36,718 nucleotides of DNA, from positions 137,599 through 174,316 of the forward strand of contig PS015078.1 of the NCBI GenBank assembly GCA_048213135.1, in the 5' to 3' direction. This document shows, in pieces, positions 23,626-36,410 of the stretch. This DNA comes from Reclinomonas americana ATCC 50394 (taxonomy: Eukaryota). Both the position numbers and the translations under genes were made by a program. How positions within the stretch are numbered: position 1 is the stretch's first letter; each line of letters opens with the position of its first letter. The notes under the pieces are model-generated. The model did not search any database and had not been told where the DNA came from. It was given only the letters and a program-made list of their open reading frames with translations.

Positions 23626-25429
23626 ATGGCGCTCACAGTAGCACCGATTGCATCGCGGACACACAACTTCGCCCACCTCGTTGCAGTGGCGGAACTGGCA
23701 GCACTTGGGCATTCGGCTGTGCAGCGAGGAGACATTGAGAGGATAATCACCAAACTCGTTCACACACGCTTCAGTGCGCGTCTCTCTCTCTCTCNNNNNN
23801 NNNNNNNNNNNNNNNNNNNNNNNNNNNNNNNNNNNNNNNNNNNNNNNNNNNNNNNNNNNNNNNNNNNNNNNNNNNNNNNNNNNNNNNNNNNNNNNNNNNN
23901 NNNNNNNNNNNNNNNNNNNNNNNNNNNNNNNNNNNNNNNNNNNNNNNNNNNNNNNNNNNNNNNNNNNNNNTTGCGACGACCTGCGTCGTATCCGTCGGTG
24001 GCAGAGGCGGAGGTGGGCGAGGAGGTGGGCCGCGGCTCGCGACTGTCGGTGTCGGCTCTGGCGCCTGCGTCGGCCGATGTGCAGCTGCGCGCGTTGATTG
24101 AGGAGGCCAAGTCGCGTGAGCTGCTGCGGCGTGTGCATGAGGAGGAGGCGGAGTTGGCGGCTCGGCGGCAGGCGCGGTGGGAGTCGCATGAGGCGGTGGT
24201 TCGCGATGAGTTTGGTTTCACGCGTCGCAGCGATGGTGCTGCCGCCTCGACGTTTGTGTCGTCGGCGCGACCGCCGGTGCCGCAAACGGCGCAGGAGTTG
24301 TCGCATGTGCTGCGTGGGTACTATGAGAAGCAGCATGCCGCGCGTCAGCGGCTCATGGAACTGGCCGAGGAGGCTGTCATGCAGTCGGAACACTTGCTGA
24401 CGGAACCGGCGCCCGCTGTGGCGTTGGATGCGCGGCGCGAGTTGCGTGACTGCAGCTGTGTGTGTGATTCATATTACTGTCCACTCAATCATACCCGTGC
24501 AGGTCGGTTCTGTCAATGGGTGCACCTACTCCGACTGCGGCGGCGACGGCATCTCGGCGAGCATCGCGACCCCTGGCCTCGTCGGTTGGGCGCTCACCGG
24601 GCAGTGCGCCGAGTGTGCGTGAGCGATTATCGGCACTGGTGGCCATGTCATCGTCGGCCATTCCTCTGTCGTCGTCCACGGGCAGTCTGTCGTCGTCGTC
24701 GTCGCGCTTTGATCCGCTGCGAGTCACGGTGTCGTCGTCCAATCATGCCACGAGCGGCGTTGACACGCTGCGCCTGCGTGAGTGGCGACGCAAGGCCAGG
24801 GAGAAGCGAGCGGCGGAGCTGGGTATTGTGTCGCGCGAGGAGCAGGAGGCACGATTGGAGAGTTTGGAGCCGAGCTACGCAGACTTGAAGGCGGTCATGC
24901 GGCGGTTGCATTACAATCCGTTGACCCCGGACTGGAGGAAAAAGGGTTAGTAGGGGAGAGGAGGAGAAATGAGAGCAGAGTAATTTGTGGGTGTGGCGTG
25001 ACAGCAAGAGACAGGAGTGCGTGTTGCTTTTGAGGGCCTGTCGGTCGCACTCACGCGTGAAATGCTATGCAGTGGGTGTGTGCGATTTTGAGGACTGCAC
25101 CCTCGGCAGCGAGTACAAGTGCTCGTCGTGCGGCACGAGGGAATTCTGCGAACGGCACTTCCACATGTATCATGACTTGCTGGGACTGGAGGATCACACA
25201 GGAACAATGTGGTGAGTGCTGTGTCAGAGAGAGAGAGANNNNNNNNNNNNNNNNNNNNTCGATGCTGCTGTTGCTGCTCAAGGGCAAGCTCACGCGCCGC
25301 CTCTGCATGAATGCATCGCGATCAACACTGCATTCTTCTTGTGAAAAATGCAACACTGCTTACCGCTGTCGTAGTGCTCATGATGATGGATGCCGCTTGA
25401 GTGGAAGCCCAGCTGATGCGCCGCCATGA
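23626..25429 (+). CDS. Hypothetical multi-exon protein with coiled coils and a C-terminal Cys/His zinc-finger-like motif (ends uncertain, two gaps)
   Basis: Exons ~23971-24440, 24503-~24946 and ~25073-25211 join in frame; motif VCDFEDCTLGSEYKCSSCGTREFCERHFHMYHD. Confidence 0.6.
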
Positions 25430-25846
25430 CATCGACCTCGGCCGGGAGCACTCGCCTGCATAAAGAGAAAAAAAAGGAGTCGGCATCCCCGTCGCCATGT
25501 CCACTCGCAACACGCAGCAGCCATCGATATGCACACACAGCACACACAGATGCAACTGCACACGCGCACACAGAAAGAGCGAGCGAGAGACACACAGAAG
25601 AACGAAGGAAACGAATGCATTTTTTCTTTTTTGTTTTGTTGACTTACCCCAGTGGCCTCACACGAATCGGTGATGTGGGCGGCTGCGGAGGCGATCCCAC
25701 ATGCGCCAGAGGCACATTGCTTGCGGTCGATGCCATTGAGAGAGCGAGCTGCGACGTGGACAAAGCACGCCCGTGACTCACCGCATCTGTCCACATCCGT
25801 TATCTCCACCACCAGAGGAGACTTCACTCTCTCTCTTGTGTTAGAG

Positions 25847-26292
25847 ATGAGTGCGATTCTGCTTTCGTGGATCAACGATGAGGTTGGTCTGTCACGGCGA
25901 GTGCAGAACTTTGAGCGGGATATGTCCAATGGGTATCTGCTCGGGGAACTGCTGTGTCACTATCGCGTGTTGCCGAGCTTGGAGGGCTTCACCGATGGCT
26001 TCCGCCCAGAGCAACAGGTGTGTGTGTGTGAGGGGAGAGGGAGAGAGAGAAAAGGGGGAAAGAGAGACTGAGAGAGAATGATGATGAAAGTGTGAGTCAG
26101 GCGTGCTGCAAGAAGACGCACACACACAGAGAACAGTGTTGCAGACGATGAGACTTGTCGAGCAAACGCCATCACTTCCTCATTCACTCANNNNNNNNNN
26201 NNNNNNNNNNNNNNNNNNNNNNNNNNNNNNNNNNNNNNNNNNNNNNNNNNNNNNNNNNNNNNNNNNNNNNNNNNNNNNNNNNNNNNNNNNNC

Positions 26293-26355
<63 letters not shown>

Positions 26356-29300
26356 GTCTCTTTTCTAATTTGCAGCCACCATGCATTCCGATGTACCACA
26401 CTTGTTGTTTTCTTGTCTCCTGTATTCTCAGTCCTCTTTCCTCGGGCTGATCCAGCTGTCTTCTCTCCGTGTCCTCTGAACCCCCTCCTCGATGTTCCTT
26501 TCTTTGTGTCTCAGACATCACACTTCTCTTTCCTTCTGCATGCACTCAACGATGATTCAGTTGTCTTCTCTCTATCGATGTTCCTTACTCCTTCCATCTC
26601 ATTCCAGTGATCGTTTGACACGCACTCCACACCGATCTTGTTGGCTCCCTCCTTCTCTTCTGGACCCCTCCTCTATATTGCAGCCTCGCAATCTCTTTCC
26701 ATGACATCAACTTAGTCCTCATTCCTCCGGCATGCATTCTACACCGTTCCTGTTGTCTCTCTTTGCCGGTGTCCCTTTATTCGCCTGTCTCAGAGATCGA
26801 CACGCACGGTACGAGGTCCTGTTATTTCTCTCCCTCTCGCCCTCTCTGCTGCTCATGCTCAGCGAGTTTCATCCTCTTTCGCTCTCCCTTCTCTTCCTTG
26901 CGTCGTCTTTTCTGCGCTCGTTTCCCCTTCCACCTTACCCCTTTCCCCCCTCTCCCTCCTTTCTCCCCTTCCCCCTTTCCCCCCTTTCCCTTTCCCTTTC
27001 CCCCTTTCCCCCCCTTTCCCTTTTCCCCTTTCCNNNNNNNNNNNNNNNNNNNNNNNNNNNNNNNNNNNNNNNNNNNNNNNNNNNNNNNNNNNNNNNNNNN
27101 NNNNNNNNNNNNNNNNNNNNNNNNNNNNNNNNNNNNNNNNNNNNNNNNNNNNNNNNNNNNNNNNNNNNNNNNNNNNNNNNNNNNNNNNNNNNNNNNNNNN
27201 NNNNNNNNNNNNNNNNNNNNNNNNNNNNNNNNNNNNNNNNNNNNNNNNNNNNNNNNNNNNNNNNNNNNNNNNNNNNNNNNNNNNNNNNNNNNNNNNNNNN
27301 NNNNNNNNNNNNNNNNNNNNNNNNNNNNNNNNNNNNNNNNNNNNNNNNNNNNNNNNNNNNNNNNNNNNNNNNNNNNNNNNNNNNNNNNNNNNNNNNNNNN
27401 NNNNNNNNNNNNNNNNNNNNNNNNNNNNNNNNNNNNNNNNNNNNNNNNNNNNNNNNNNNNNNNNNNNNNNNNNNNNNNNNNNNNNNNNNNNNNNNNNNNN
27501 NNNNNNNNNNNNNNNNNNNNNNNNNNNNNNNNNNNNNNNNNNNNNNNNNNNNNNNNNNNNNNNNNNNNNNNNNNNNNNNNNNNNNNNNNNNNNNNNNNNN
27601 NNNNNNNNNNNNNNNNNNNNNNNNNNNNNNNNNNNNNNNNNNNNNNNNNNNNNNNNNNNNNNNNNNNNNNNNNNNNNNNNNNNNNNNNNNNNNNNNNNNN
27701 NNNNNNNNNNNNNNNNNNNNNNNNNNNNNNNGATTGAGGAGAAGAAGCTGGAGGACGCGTTGATTGCCAAGATCCTCAAGCAATCGGAGGAGGAGAAGCG
27801 CATGGCAGCTGAACTGCAGCGTGTCAAGGACCTCGAGGCACAGGTGCGGGAGAACCGCATCGATCGTGAGCGAGCGTATCAGCAGCGACGCGAATTGGAG
27901 CGTGCACAGGCCGAGGTGCGCGCCAAGCAGTCTGCTGAGCGCGAGAAGGAGGAATACTGGCGCAAGGTTTGCCATTTTCTTTCAATGCAGTTCGACTACC
28001 AACGGGATCGTGACACTGCGCATCACCACAGACACAAGCGGAACGACAGGCGTACGAGCAGCTGACTGCTGAGCGCAAGTCGCGGAAGCGACAACAGCGC
28101 GTCGCCGACTGCAGTGCCATTGTGGATGATCTCATCTCCCTGACCTCGGTGGTGTGCGTGCACCGCGAGGCCACGGGTGGTGAACCGCTGCCGCCTCACG
28201 ACTGGGACGACTTGATGCGTCTCTTTGTCAAGAGCCTCCCACTGGAAGAGGCCATGGTGTGTGGGGGAAAGGAACTACTGTTTGTGAGGGAGAGTCGCAC
28301 TCGTTTCTTCTCTCCCCAGCTCTCTTTCTATGCCCTCTCTCCGTTCCTGGCACTTCTCACACAAAATATTTCTCTTTCACTTTCGTTTTATCATCTCTCT
28401 CATTCTCCTGTTCTCCTCTTTTCCTGTCTCTCTTGTCCTCCCTGCTGTCTCTTTCCCTCTCTCGCTTTCCCCCTCTCACTTCCTCTCTATTCCACCCACT
28501 CACAGGAGGTCCCGGAGGCCGGCTCGGCAACCAGCCCATCGGGCAGTGCCGCCGCCGACAACCCATCCAGTGCCGCACCGACGTCTCCGCAAGAGTCGGC
28601 AGTGCACAAGCTGCTCGACGATGCCGACATGCTGGACTACTTGCATCGGCGCGCCGAGTGGAATCCTGCCATTCTGTTGCGTCTCTGCTCACTTTCTTCC
28701 TCTATTCCTTCTGTCTCTCACTCGCTCTTTCCAATCATCAGCATGCAAGGAGTCGCGGCAGAGGAACGCGCAGGCTCTCCGAGTGGCTCGCGGCCTGGCA
28801 GTGCCGCATCCGGCGAACCGCTCGATCCCAGCGTGCAGTGCTTGGGCGACATTCTGACTGTGATTGAGGATGCTGCCGGCCGCGTGAAGCTGGACGCCTG
28901 GAGCAGTGGTCTGCTGCACCGACAGGGAGCGTCGGTGGCCAACCGCCAGCTGCGCTTCATTCTCGTTGGACCGCCAGGCAGTGGAAAGAAGACTGTGGCA
29001 CAGGCCATGGCGTCGCGCTTCCACCTGACTACCATTCAGTTGACCGAGCTCATTACGGCTGCTGTTGACGCCGCATCCAAGCCACCGAGGTTTGCGTGAG
29101 TGCAACGTTGTTCCCGTGGACACTCGATGCTCACGTCCTATCGTCTACGCAGTGCCCAGGAGTTGGAGGACGGTGAGCTGAGTGCTGCCGCTCAGTTGCG
29201 CAAGATTGGCGAAGCTGTGCGCCGCGATCTGGGGCGCGGGCGTGAAGTCAGCACAGAAATGTGCGTTCGTCTGGTGGAACACTACGTCGAGTATTCGCTG

Positions 29301-32300
29301 CCGGAGCAGTCGGCCGGCTGGATCCTCGTCGATTTCCCCGCCTCCATTGAGGCCATTAAGCTGCTGGAGAGGGCACTGACGGGGTGTGTTGTTCTCTTCT
29401 GGCATGAGTCAGTGTGTGTGGCAGTGGCTCATCTGTCACCTCGCCGCCCAGATACGACGAAAATCAACCACCGCCACATGTGTCCACCGTGTCTCCACCC
29501 ACTGTCATGCCACCAGATCCTCGCGGTGCGTCCCTCCCCGGTGCACGAGCACAACAGTGTCACGACTGTTGCTCATACTCTTGCACAGATGAACCGCCTC
29601 GCTCTGCCTTTGACGCCGCCATTCTGCTGGACATTTCACGCGACAACATCTTCAAGCGCTCGTTGGGCTGGCGCGTTGACCCGCAGCAACCGGGAGCACG
29701 TTATCACTTGGATTTCAATCCGCCACCCCCTGTGCGTCTTCGTCGCCGGGATGCACCTTGCGCGTCATCGCAGACTCATATGTGCGTGTGTGTGTATCAC
29801 AGGAGATTGCTGGTCGATTGGTGCCGGAGAATCCCAGCGAGGAGGCGACAGCGGCCAAGGTTGTGCCGCAGCTGGACGAGTACGACGCGCGGGAGCCGGA
29901 AGTGCGATCGTGGTTCGAGCAGACACACGTGCTGTATGCGGTAGATGGAAACGAATCGATTCGCGACGTGCAGCGTGCGGTTTTGGAAGCAGCGCGAGAT
30001 GCGGCGTCACTGAAGGGTCAGCGCGCCGAGTCGATTCTGCCTCGCTTCCAGGTGTGTGGGCGTTGGCCGAGAGAGAATTTTTCCTTGCGTCTCCCACTAA
30101 TCCACTCGATGCAGCTCTCGCTGCTTTTGCGTGAGGCCGCCCGCCGTGGCGATGTGGACACGGTGCAACGGTGCATTCAGCATGGTGCCGACGCGACAGT
30201 GGCCGACGACTGGGGTCGTACTGCGTTTCATCACGCTGGTTTGTCGTTGGTGACACGAATCTCTCTGTTCAGTTGCACTCGCGCTGACATGTGATCCACA
30301 GCCATGGAGGGACATACCTCGGTGGTGGCATACTTGGCCACTGTACCGGGCGTGCGTCTGAATGCGCCGGATCGCTTCGGTGCCGATGCCATGTCGGAGG
30401 CAACCCGCCACGACCATCGCGGCGTCATCAACGAGCTCTCGTCGCACGGCATCCCGCCGAGCGAAGAGTCACTGGTGCGTCCCGCTCAAAACTGGCGATC
30501 TTTCCTTCGTATTCCCGTCGCACTCAACTGTAATTCTCTCGTGCAGGGCGAGAAACTGTGCCGTGTGGCGAAGACTGGCGATTTGACGGCATTGAAGGCC
30601 GTGGCCACTGGCGCCGACCTGGCCAAGACCGATCGAGGTCGGTGATATAATAATATGTGGGACTACTCACCATTTGGGCTGCTCATCTCATCGGTTTGTG
30701 CGCACAGACGGTCGTTCGGCATTGCACGAGGCTGCTGCGATCGGTTCGCCCGAAATGGTCGAGTTCCTCGTGTCGCAGGTCCTGGATCCAAATCTTGCCG
30801 ATCGGTGCGTTCTGTCCTCCCTCCGTTCTCACTGTGTGAATGATTGTTACTCATCACGCAAGTGACCAGCTTTGGCGAAACTTCCCTGGGAATTGCACGG
30901 GCGGCGCCGGGGGTGGTCATTGACGGAGTGCCGTCTGCTGCCGGTGGAGCACGTGCGTTTCCTTCATCTGCAGTCGGCGTCATTGTTTTTCGCACTCACT
31001 CTTCCCTTCTTGCCTCGATAGCGGATGCCAAGCGTCAGCAAGTCTTTGAGATGCTGCAAAAGGCGGCAGCCGAGTACATTGCTCCGTCGGACCTCGATCA
31101 CGACTTTGCGTCATTGTTGCAAAACTGTTGAGTTTCCGCTGTTTTTTGCTTTGGAGTGCAGAAGACCACCGTCTAACAGTCGCTGCAGTCTGGCTCAAGA
31201 CCGAAAACCTGTACACCAGCGGCCTGCGACAAGTGTTCCACGGACTTCGACTGGAGAGACACGCTTTTACGGGCTACTTGTCGCAGCTGAAGCGAACATT
31301 CGAGGAGTTCCTCCGCCGACCAGACGCACAAAAGCAGCGACAACTGGACGAGTTTGTCGAGTCGTTCAATGCCGTGCACGATGACATGCGGTGCGTCCTC
31401 TATATTTGTGGCGTTGTTACCGATAGGCACCGTGCTCATCACATCGCCTCTCGCAACAGACGAGATGTGGCTGTGAAGGAGGAGCTGCACAAGCGCACCG
31501 ACGAGCTGCGCGATCGTCTGTGGAAGCTGTGCGATCAGCGACGAGTCACGGCTCAAACCGAGCGGCAGAAGCTATTGGACGCGGGTGGCGTGAAGAAGCA
31601 GCGCGCTGCGGTGGAGCAGCTGTACGTGACGCTGATGCAGTTGGAGTGCGACCGATATGTGGCTGCGCGCGAGCTGATTGAGGACTTTAGTGCCGCGCAC
31701 TCACATGCGGTACGTCGTGTCACTGTTTCGCTTGTTCGTGCCGCTGTCGGACTTATTGCGACTTGCAGGTGTTGTACGAACGCCAAGTGGATCCACAGTC
31801 GTTCTACAATATTCGAACTGGCGGCGAAGTGGTGATTCGAACCAAGCAAGCTGATGGTTTGTTTGTGTGTGACCTATGGTGCACTGATGTAATGGATGCG
31901 AGCCTCACTGAGATTTTCGCAGCTGGTGCCAAGGGCGGCAAAAAGGCACCCAAGGCCGGTGCACCGAAGGCTGGCGCCGGCAAGAAGGCGCCTGCGGACA
32001 AGGGCAAGGGCAAGGGTGCAGTCGAGGAGCCAGTTACGTGCCTGCACATGGGTTTTTCCGATTGACGCTTGTGGCTCACGTTGGTGCGGATGGCAGGATG
32101 CGGTGGCGACGGCATTTGAAAATGCCACCGTGCTGCTGGGCGCCTATGCTGGTGAGCGCTTCGTCTTTGCTTGTACCGTTCTCTCTTTTTCTCATGATCT
32201 TTGTNNNNNNNNNNNNNNNNNNNNGCACACAACAACAACAGAGCTCACCGAGGCCATTGAGGGCGCACCACTGTCGTTGTTGCGCCGCGCTATTCAGCAG

Positions 32301-33811
32301 GAAGACAACGGCACAGCGGCGCGTCTGGCGGAGATCAAGAGACACGCTGAAGTCACCCTCAAGGTACCGTCGTGGCATTCCTCCTCCGTTTCACCAACCA
32401 GTCATTCTCACTCTTAATGTGTTTGCAGGACATGGACAATCGCTCGGCTGCGTACTTCAAGCGACTAGAGGAGGCCACTGGGGAGCGCTTTGAGCGTGAG
32501 AATGCCGCAGTCATGAGTGTCGTTGTCACGCTGCAGCGCACGATTGAGCGCGGCCAGCCTCTTCGTCATCATTTGGTGCTTGATGATGACCAGGCGACAG
32601 TCGATCGGCATAACTTGGTGCGTCCGCCATCGGCCCGTCTCGCTCCACTGCCACCCAAGCCAGAGAAACGTTGCGTGAACTAGCGTGCGCTCAAGAATCG
32701 GCGGTGCGCTTTCCACTCACTGCTCGTCGTGTGCAGTGGTGGGTGTCTTCACGCAGCAGCAACTGGCGGTGCTGGTCGGCGCGTTCCGCACGGCGGCTGT
32801 CACCGAGACCGAGATTCCGATTGCCACATTTGTGCGCACGATTCTCAACCTCGTGCACACCAATGGGGACGACTTGCCTGCCGAGTGGCGAAATCTCAGC
32901 AAGGAACACCTGCAGCGAATCGGTGTGGCGTTCGACAAGCAGCACAATGGCCTGATGCAAATCCGAAGCCTGCTGGTGTCGCTCATCTGTCCGTCAATGC
33001 CCACACTCGCCGACCTGGCCAACATGAAGGAACAGCTGTTGACGCTGACCGACGGCGGCGATCAGGTTTGCATTCGGCCCGATGCGTGTGAGTGTGCTTT
33101 TTTGGTGCATCTCGTTGCTGACGAACAGCCGTGCTTGTGACAGGTGTCCAAATCGCAGCTCATGAGCGTGCAGTTTTGGTTCGACAGTGCCGGTGCTGGC
33201 AGCGAGAAGCAGCTGCAGACGTCGCGCAACATCAAGCACCTGCTCTTCGGTGAGTGATGTCATGGGCGACTGGGGTACGAGCTGCGCAGCGCTAATCGTC
33301 CCTCCCCTTTTGTCAGAGTCGTTTGCCGTGGGCCAGCCACCAATGGTGCGGTGGCGCGAGCTGCTGTTGACGCTGTGCGCGGACACGCAAACGGCTGTCG
33401 GTTTCCGCAAGGCACTGGCCGTGGTACCAGCCGGGTCCACGTCAAGTCGTGCCCTGTCCGCCAGCGAGTGGTTCTCGGTGCTACACATGGGTGTCGCACC
33501 GCAGCACGCTCGTGCCAACGTCTCTCCGTCTCTGGTACGTGCGCCTTGAGTCGTTTAAGAGAAGGACGACGACTTATCTCGCTCGATGAATGCAGGCGGA
33601 AATCGAGTCCGTGTTCCGGGAACAGCGAGCGAACGCTGCCACCGATCAGCTGTCTCTCGACGAGTTTTGTGTGTCAGGAATGGGCGCGGCCATGATCGAG
33701 GAGTGTCATGTTGCGTCGACGCACGCTGTTGGGAAGAACGCAACACGAACTTACTTGTCCATCTGCATGCAGCTTTACAAGCGAACCGATCTGGATGCCC
33801 TTCTGCGATAA
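25847..33811 (+). CDS. SPEF2: Sperm flagellar protein 2 / central-pair CPC1 orthologue (CH domain, coiled coil, adenylate-kinase-like domain, inserted ankyrin repeats, C-terminal helical/EF-hand-like region); >26 introns, part hidden in gaps
   Basis: MSAILLSWINDEVGLSRRVQNFERDMSNGYLLGELL; LIAKILKQSEEEKRMAAEL...VRENRIDRERAYQQRRE; GPPGSGKKT; GWILVDFPASIEAIKLLERALTGY; RYHLDFNPPP; FNAVHDDMRRDVAVKEELHKRTDELRDRLWKLCDQRR; LMQLECDRY; TAA at 33809-33811. Confidence 0.92.
26292..26350 (+). repeat. (CT)n microsatellite, one of many intronic CT/GA/CA tracts that often abut assembly gaps
   Basis: Direct reading; similar tracts at 12023-12050, 15695-15740, 17915-17950, 23505-23534 and 34241-34300. Confidence 0.95.
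26925..27033 (+). repeat. Polypyrimidine (C3-6 T3-4)n low-complexity tract in a SPEF2 intron
   Basis: ccctttccccctttcccttt... runs into the gap. Confidence 0.9.
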
Positions 33812-33934
33812 TGGAGTGTGGAGTACGAGACACAGAACTACTGTAGTGTACAAACAACAAACGAAAAGCACGAAGGGCGGCAACAAAAGCACGCACGCTG
33901 TCCTCCTCGTCCTCTCTCGTTCTCCAATCTAATC

Positions 33935-34241
33935 ATGAGTACGCGAAAGAGAGGCGCAAGTGGTGGACCCACACTCGTGCTTCGTTTGGATGTCAAAGAG
34001 GCCGCACTCAAGGCCAAGTACGACGCATTCAACAAGTACCAAGTTGCACTCGCACTCAATGCATCTCTCTCTGTCTCTGTTTCTCTCTCTGTGCTTCTTG
34101 CGCACACTGACACGTGCGTTGCAGGAGACCAAGGCAGCGGCGTCACAAGCGGCCGCCGACGATGAGAAGAAGAAGCATGCAGAGTTGCAACAGCAGCAGA
34201 GAAAAGGACTCAAGAGACCACTGACAGAGGTGAGTGAGCGA

Positions 34242-34299
<58 letters not shown>

Positions 34300-36375
34300 G
34301 ACGACACNNNNNNNNNNNNNNNNNNNNTCTCTCTTCTTCTTCTTCTTCTTCTCTCTCTCTCTCTCTCTCTCTCTTACCTCTCCTTGCCTCCCTCCTTGCC
34401 CCTCTCTCACCTCGCCCGCAGATGTCTGCCGACGAGACCATGTCTCCCTTGCCGGGCGACTTGGGTGCGGCAGGTGGCTCTGGATCCGCGTCGGCGACGC
34501 CTGCAGGTGCTGCGGCCGCGCTCAGTGAGAAGAACCGCGGATTCAAGCTGTCATCGCGTCTTGTCAAGAAGCTGGAGGAGCGCAAGGATGGCGATGGAGA
34601 TGAGCCGGCGACGAAGAGGCGGAAAGCGGTGAGAGAGAAAGAGAGAGAGAGAAAGAAGAGCAGAGCAAGGATGCTGACCTCGGTTGTGCGCTCGTGTGTG
34701 TGTTTGTGTGCAGGATGGGTATGCTTGGTGGTGGTCTCTGCTGGTGTGCGCTCATGTCAACTGACTTGTCTCTGTCTGTCTGCGTGTCGTGGCAGCGAGG
34801 AAGAGGAACAGGAGGTGTGCATGGATTCCCTGTGTTCCTGCTGCTGTTGCCGTTGTTATGTGACTCGTGCGATTGGCAGGAGTCGAATGTGGTGGTGTGC
34901 GAGTGCTCGGCGACGGATCTCGCCAATGGCGACATCAATGAGGCCTTTAAGCATTTTGGGCGCATCGACGGTATCCGCTGGTGGACCAAGACGTGCGTGC
35001 TGTCTCTCTCGCTCTCCTCTTCTGCACGCGTGTCGCTGAGCAGTGCTTCTGTTGTTGGTCGCTTCGCAGCAAGTGCAGCGTCATGTTCGAGTCAACCGAG
35101 GCGGCGCGCACCGCGCTCGGTCACTATCCCGACCGAAAAATGCAAATCAATGGCGGCGATGTGATTTTGCGTTGGTCGCTGCCTGACGAGCGGCGCTTTG
35201 CCGGCAACGCGTACCGAGGTCGTGGGCGCGGTGGTTTCCGGGGCAGCTATCGTGGTGGTGCCGGTGGTTTCCGCGGTGCTGGTGGCGGCTTCCGTGGTGG
35301 CCGTGGTGGTCTCGGATACCAGTCGAACAGACCAGGTTTTGGGTGCGTTGATCGCCTTGCGTTTTTCTCCTCCCACGCCGCCGCCACCGCTGACCTTGCG
35401 TATGCACGCGCAGCTTCGGCAACTACAATGCTCCCGACGAGTTCGTGTCGGGCTACAGCGCAGCACCGTCGCCACACATGGGCTACGTGCCCGGCGCGTC
35501 GAGCTCGTCGTCGTACTCGACTGGCGGATATGAGCCGGCCGCCACGCCGAGTGTTGCGTCTCCGTACTTGGCGCGCTCGCCACCCTGCATGACGAATACC
35601 AACCTCGCATGTTCTTCTCTCCTTTCTCTCTCTCTGGTTGCATGCAGATGCGACTCGGGCGCTTTGTTCCCGCAGGCTCATCATCGCCACCGCCGGCCGA
35701 CAGCAGTGACATTTCGCCGCAATATTCGGCATCGTCACCAACGTCGCCACCCGGTAAGACACACACATACACATTTTGCACCTTGGCACCTTCCTGGCCA
35801 ATCGGCTGCTCACCTCCTGCACCTCGCAGCGTACTCGAGCAGCGCACTTCCGTCGTTCTCCGCGGGCGGCAGTGGCGCCGCCGCCGTTGGTCGCGATGCC
35901 TCGCGCGATGTAAGACCGGCATTCACCGCGCTACCATCGTTCTCCTTTGGCGGTTCCTCTTCGTCAGCCTCGCCCGCACCGGCATCCACCGGCGGCTACA
36001 CCGCTCCCGCCTTTGTGCCCTCCAGTGGTTCCGTGCCTTGTTGTTGTCTACGTTGGAAGCGATCTGTAAGCTCACTTCGTCTGTGTCACAGATGCCGCAC
36101 CGGCGCCGTACGCTCCCAGCAGCGACAGCGTCTACTCAGCCAGTGACTCGCCCTACGGCGGCGGCTACAGTGTCGGCGCCTCGTCAGGCGACGCCTACTC
36201 GGTCGACTACTCCCCGGCTGTCCCCGAATCAGCACCTGCAGCCGCAGCCGTCGCACCAGCTGAATCCACCGGGTACTCGCCCACTCCTTCTGCGCCAAGT
36301 AATGACGACTCTGCATCGTCGTCAGAACCGTCAGCTCGCTCCTCGCGACAAATGCGCTCATACGAGGACATTTGA
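33935..36375 (+). CDS. NELFE: Negative elongation factor E (NELF-E)-like RRM protein with RGG box and Tyr/Ser/Pro-rich tail, ~11 exons
   Basis: EAALKAKYDAFNKYQETK, GLKRPLTE and KNRGFKLSSRLVKKL parallel, in order, the human NELF-E motifs EEALQKKFNKLKKKKK, GVKRSLSE and KNSGFKRSRTLEGKL. An RRM follows (INEAFKHFGRIDGI...KCSVMFESTEAARTAL), and the protein ends RQMRSYEDI-TGA at 36373-36375. Confidence 0.8.
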
Positions 36376-36410
36376 ATACAAAACGAAATCGCAGTGACAT
36401 TTTTTCCGCC

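Noticed and set aside
25490-25504. RFX X-box-like GTCGCCATGTCCAC upstream of SPEF2
   Set aside because: The second half-site does not match the consensus, so it is too weak to call
26925-27033. Possible telomeric repeat
   Set aside because: Irregular C/T-only tract (AAAGGG-like on the other strand), not a TTAGGG-type unit, and located inside a gene
26732-27975. Long ORFs spanning N runs (also at 7111-8536, 15234-16454, 18536-20263 and 23446-24888)
   Set aside because: Artefacts of translating through assembly gaps
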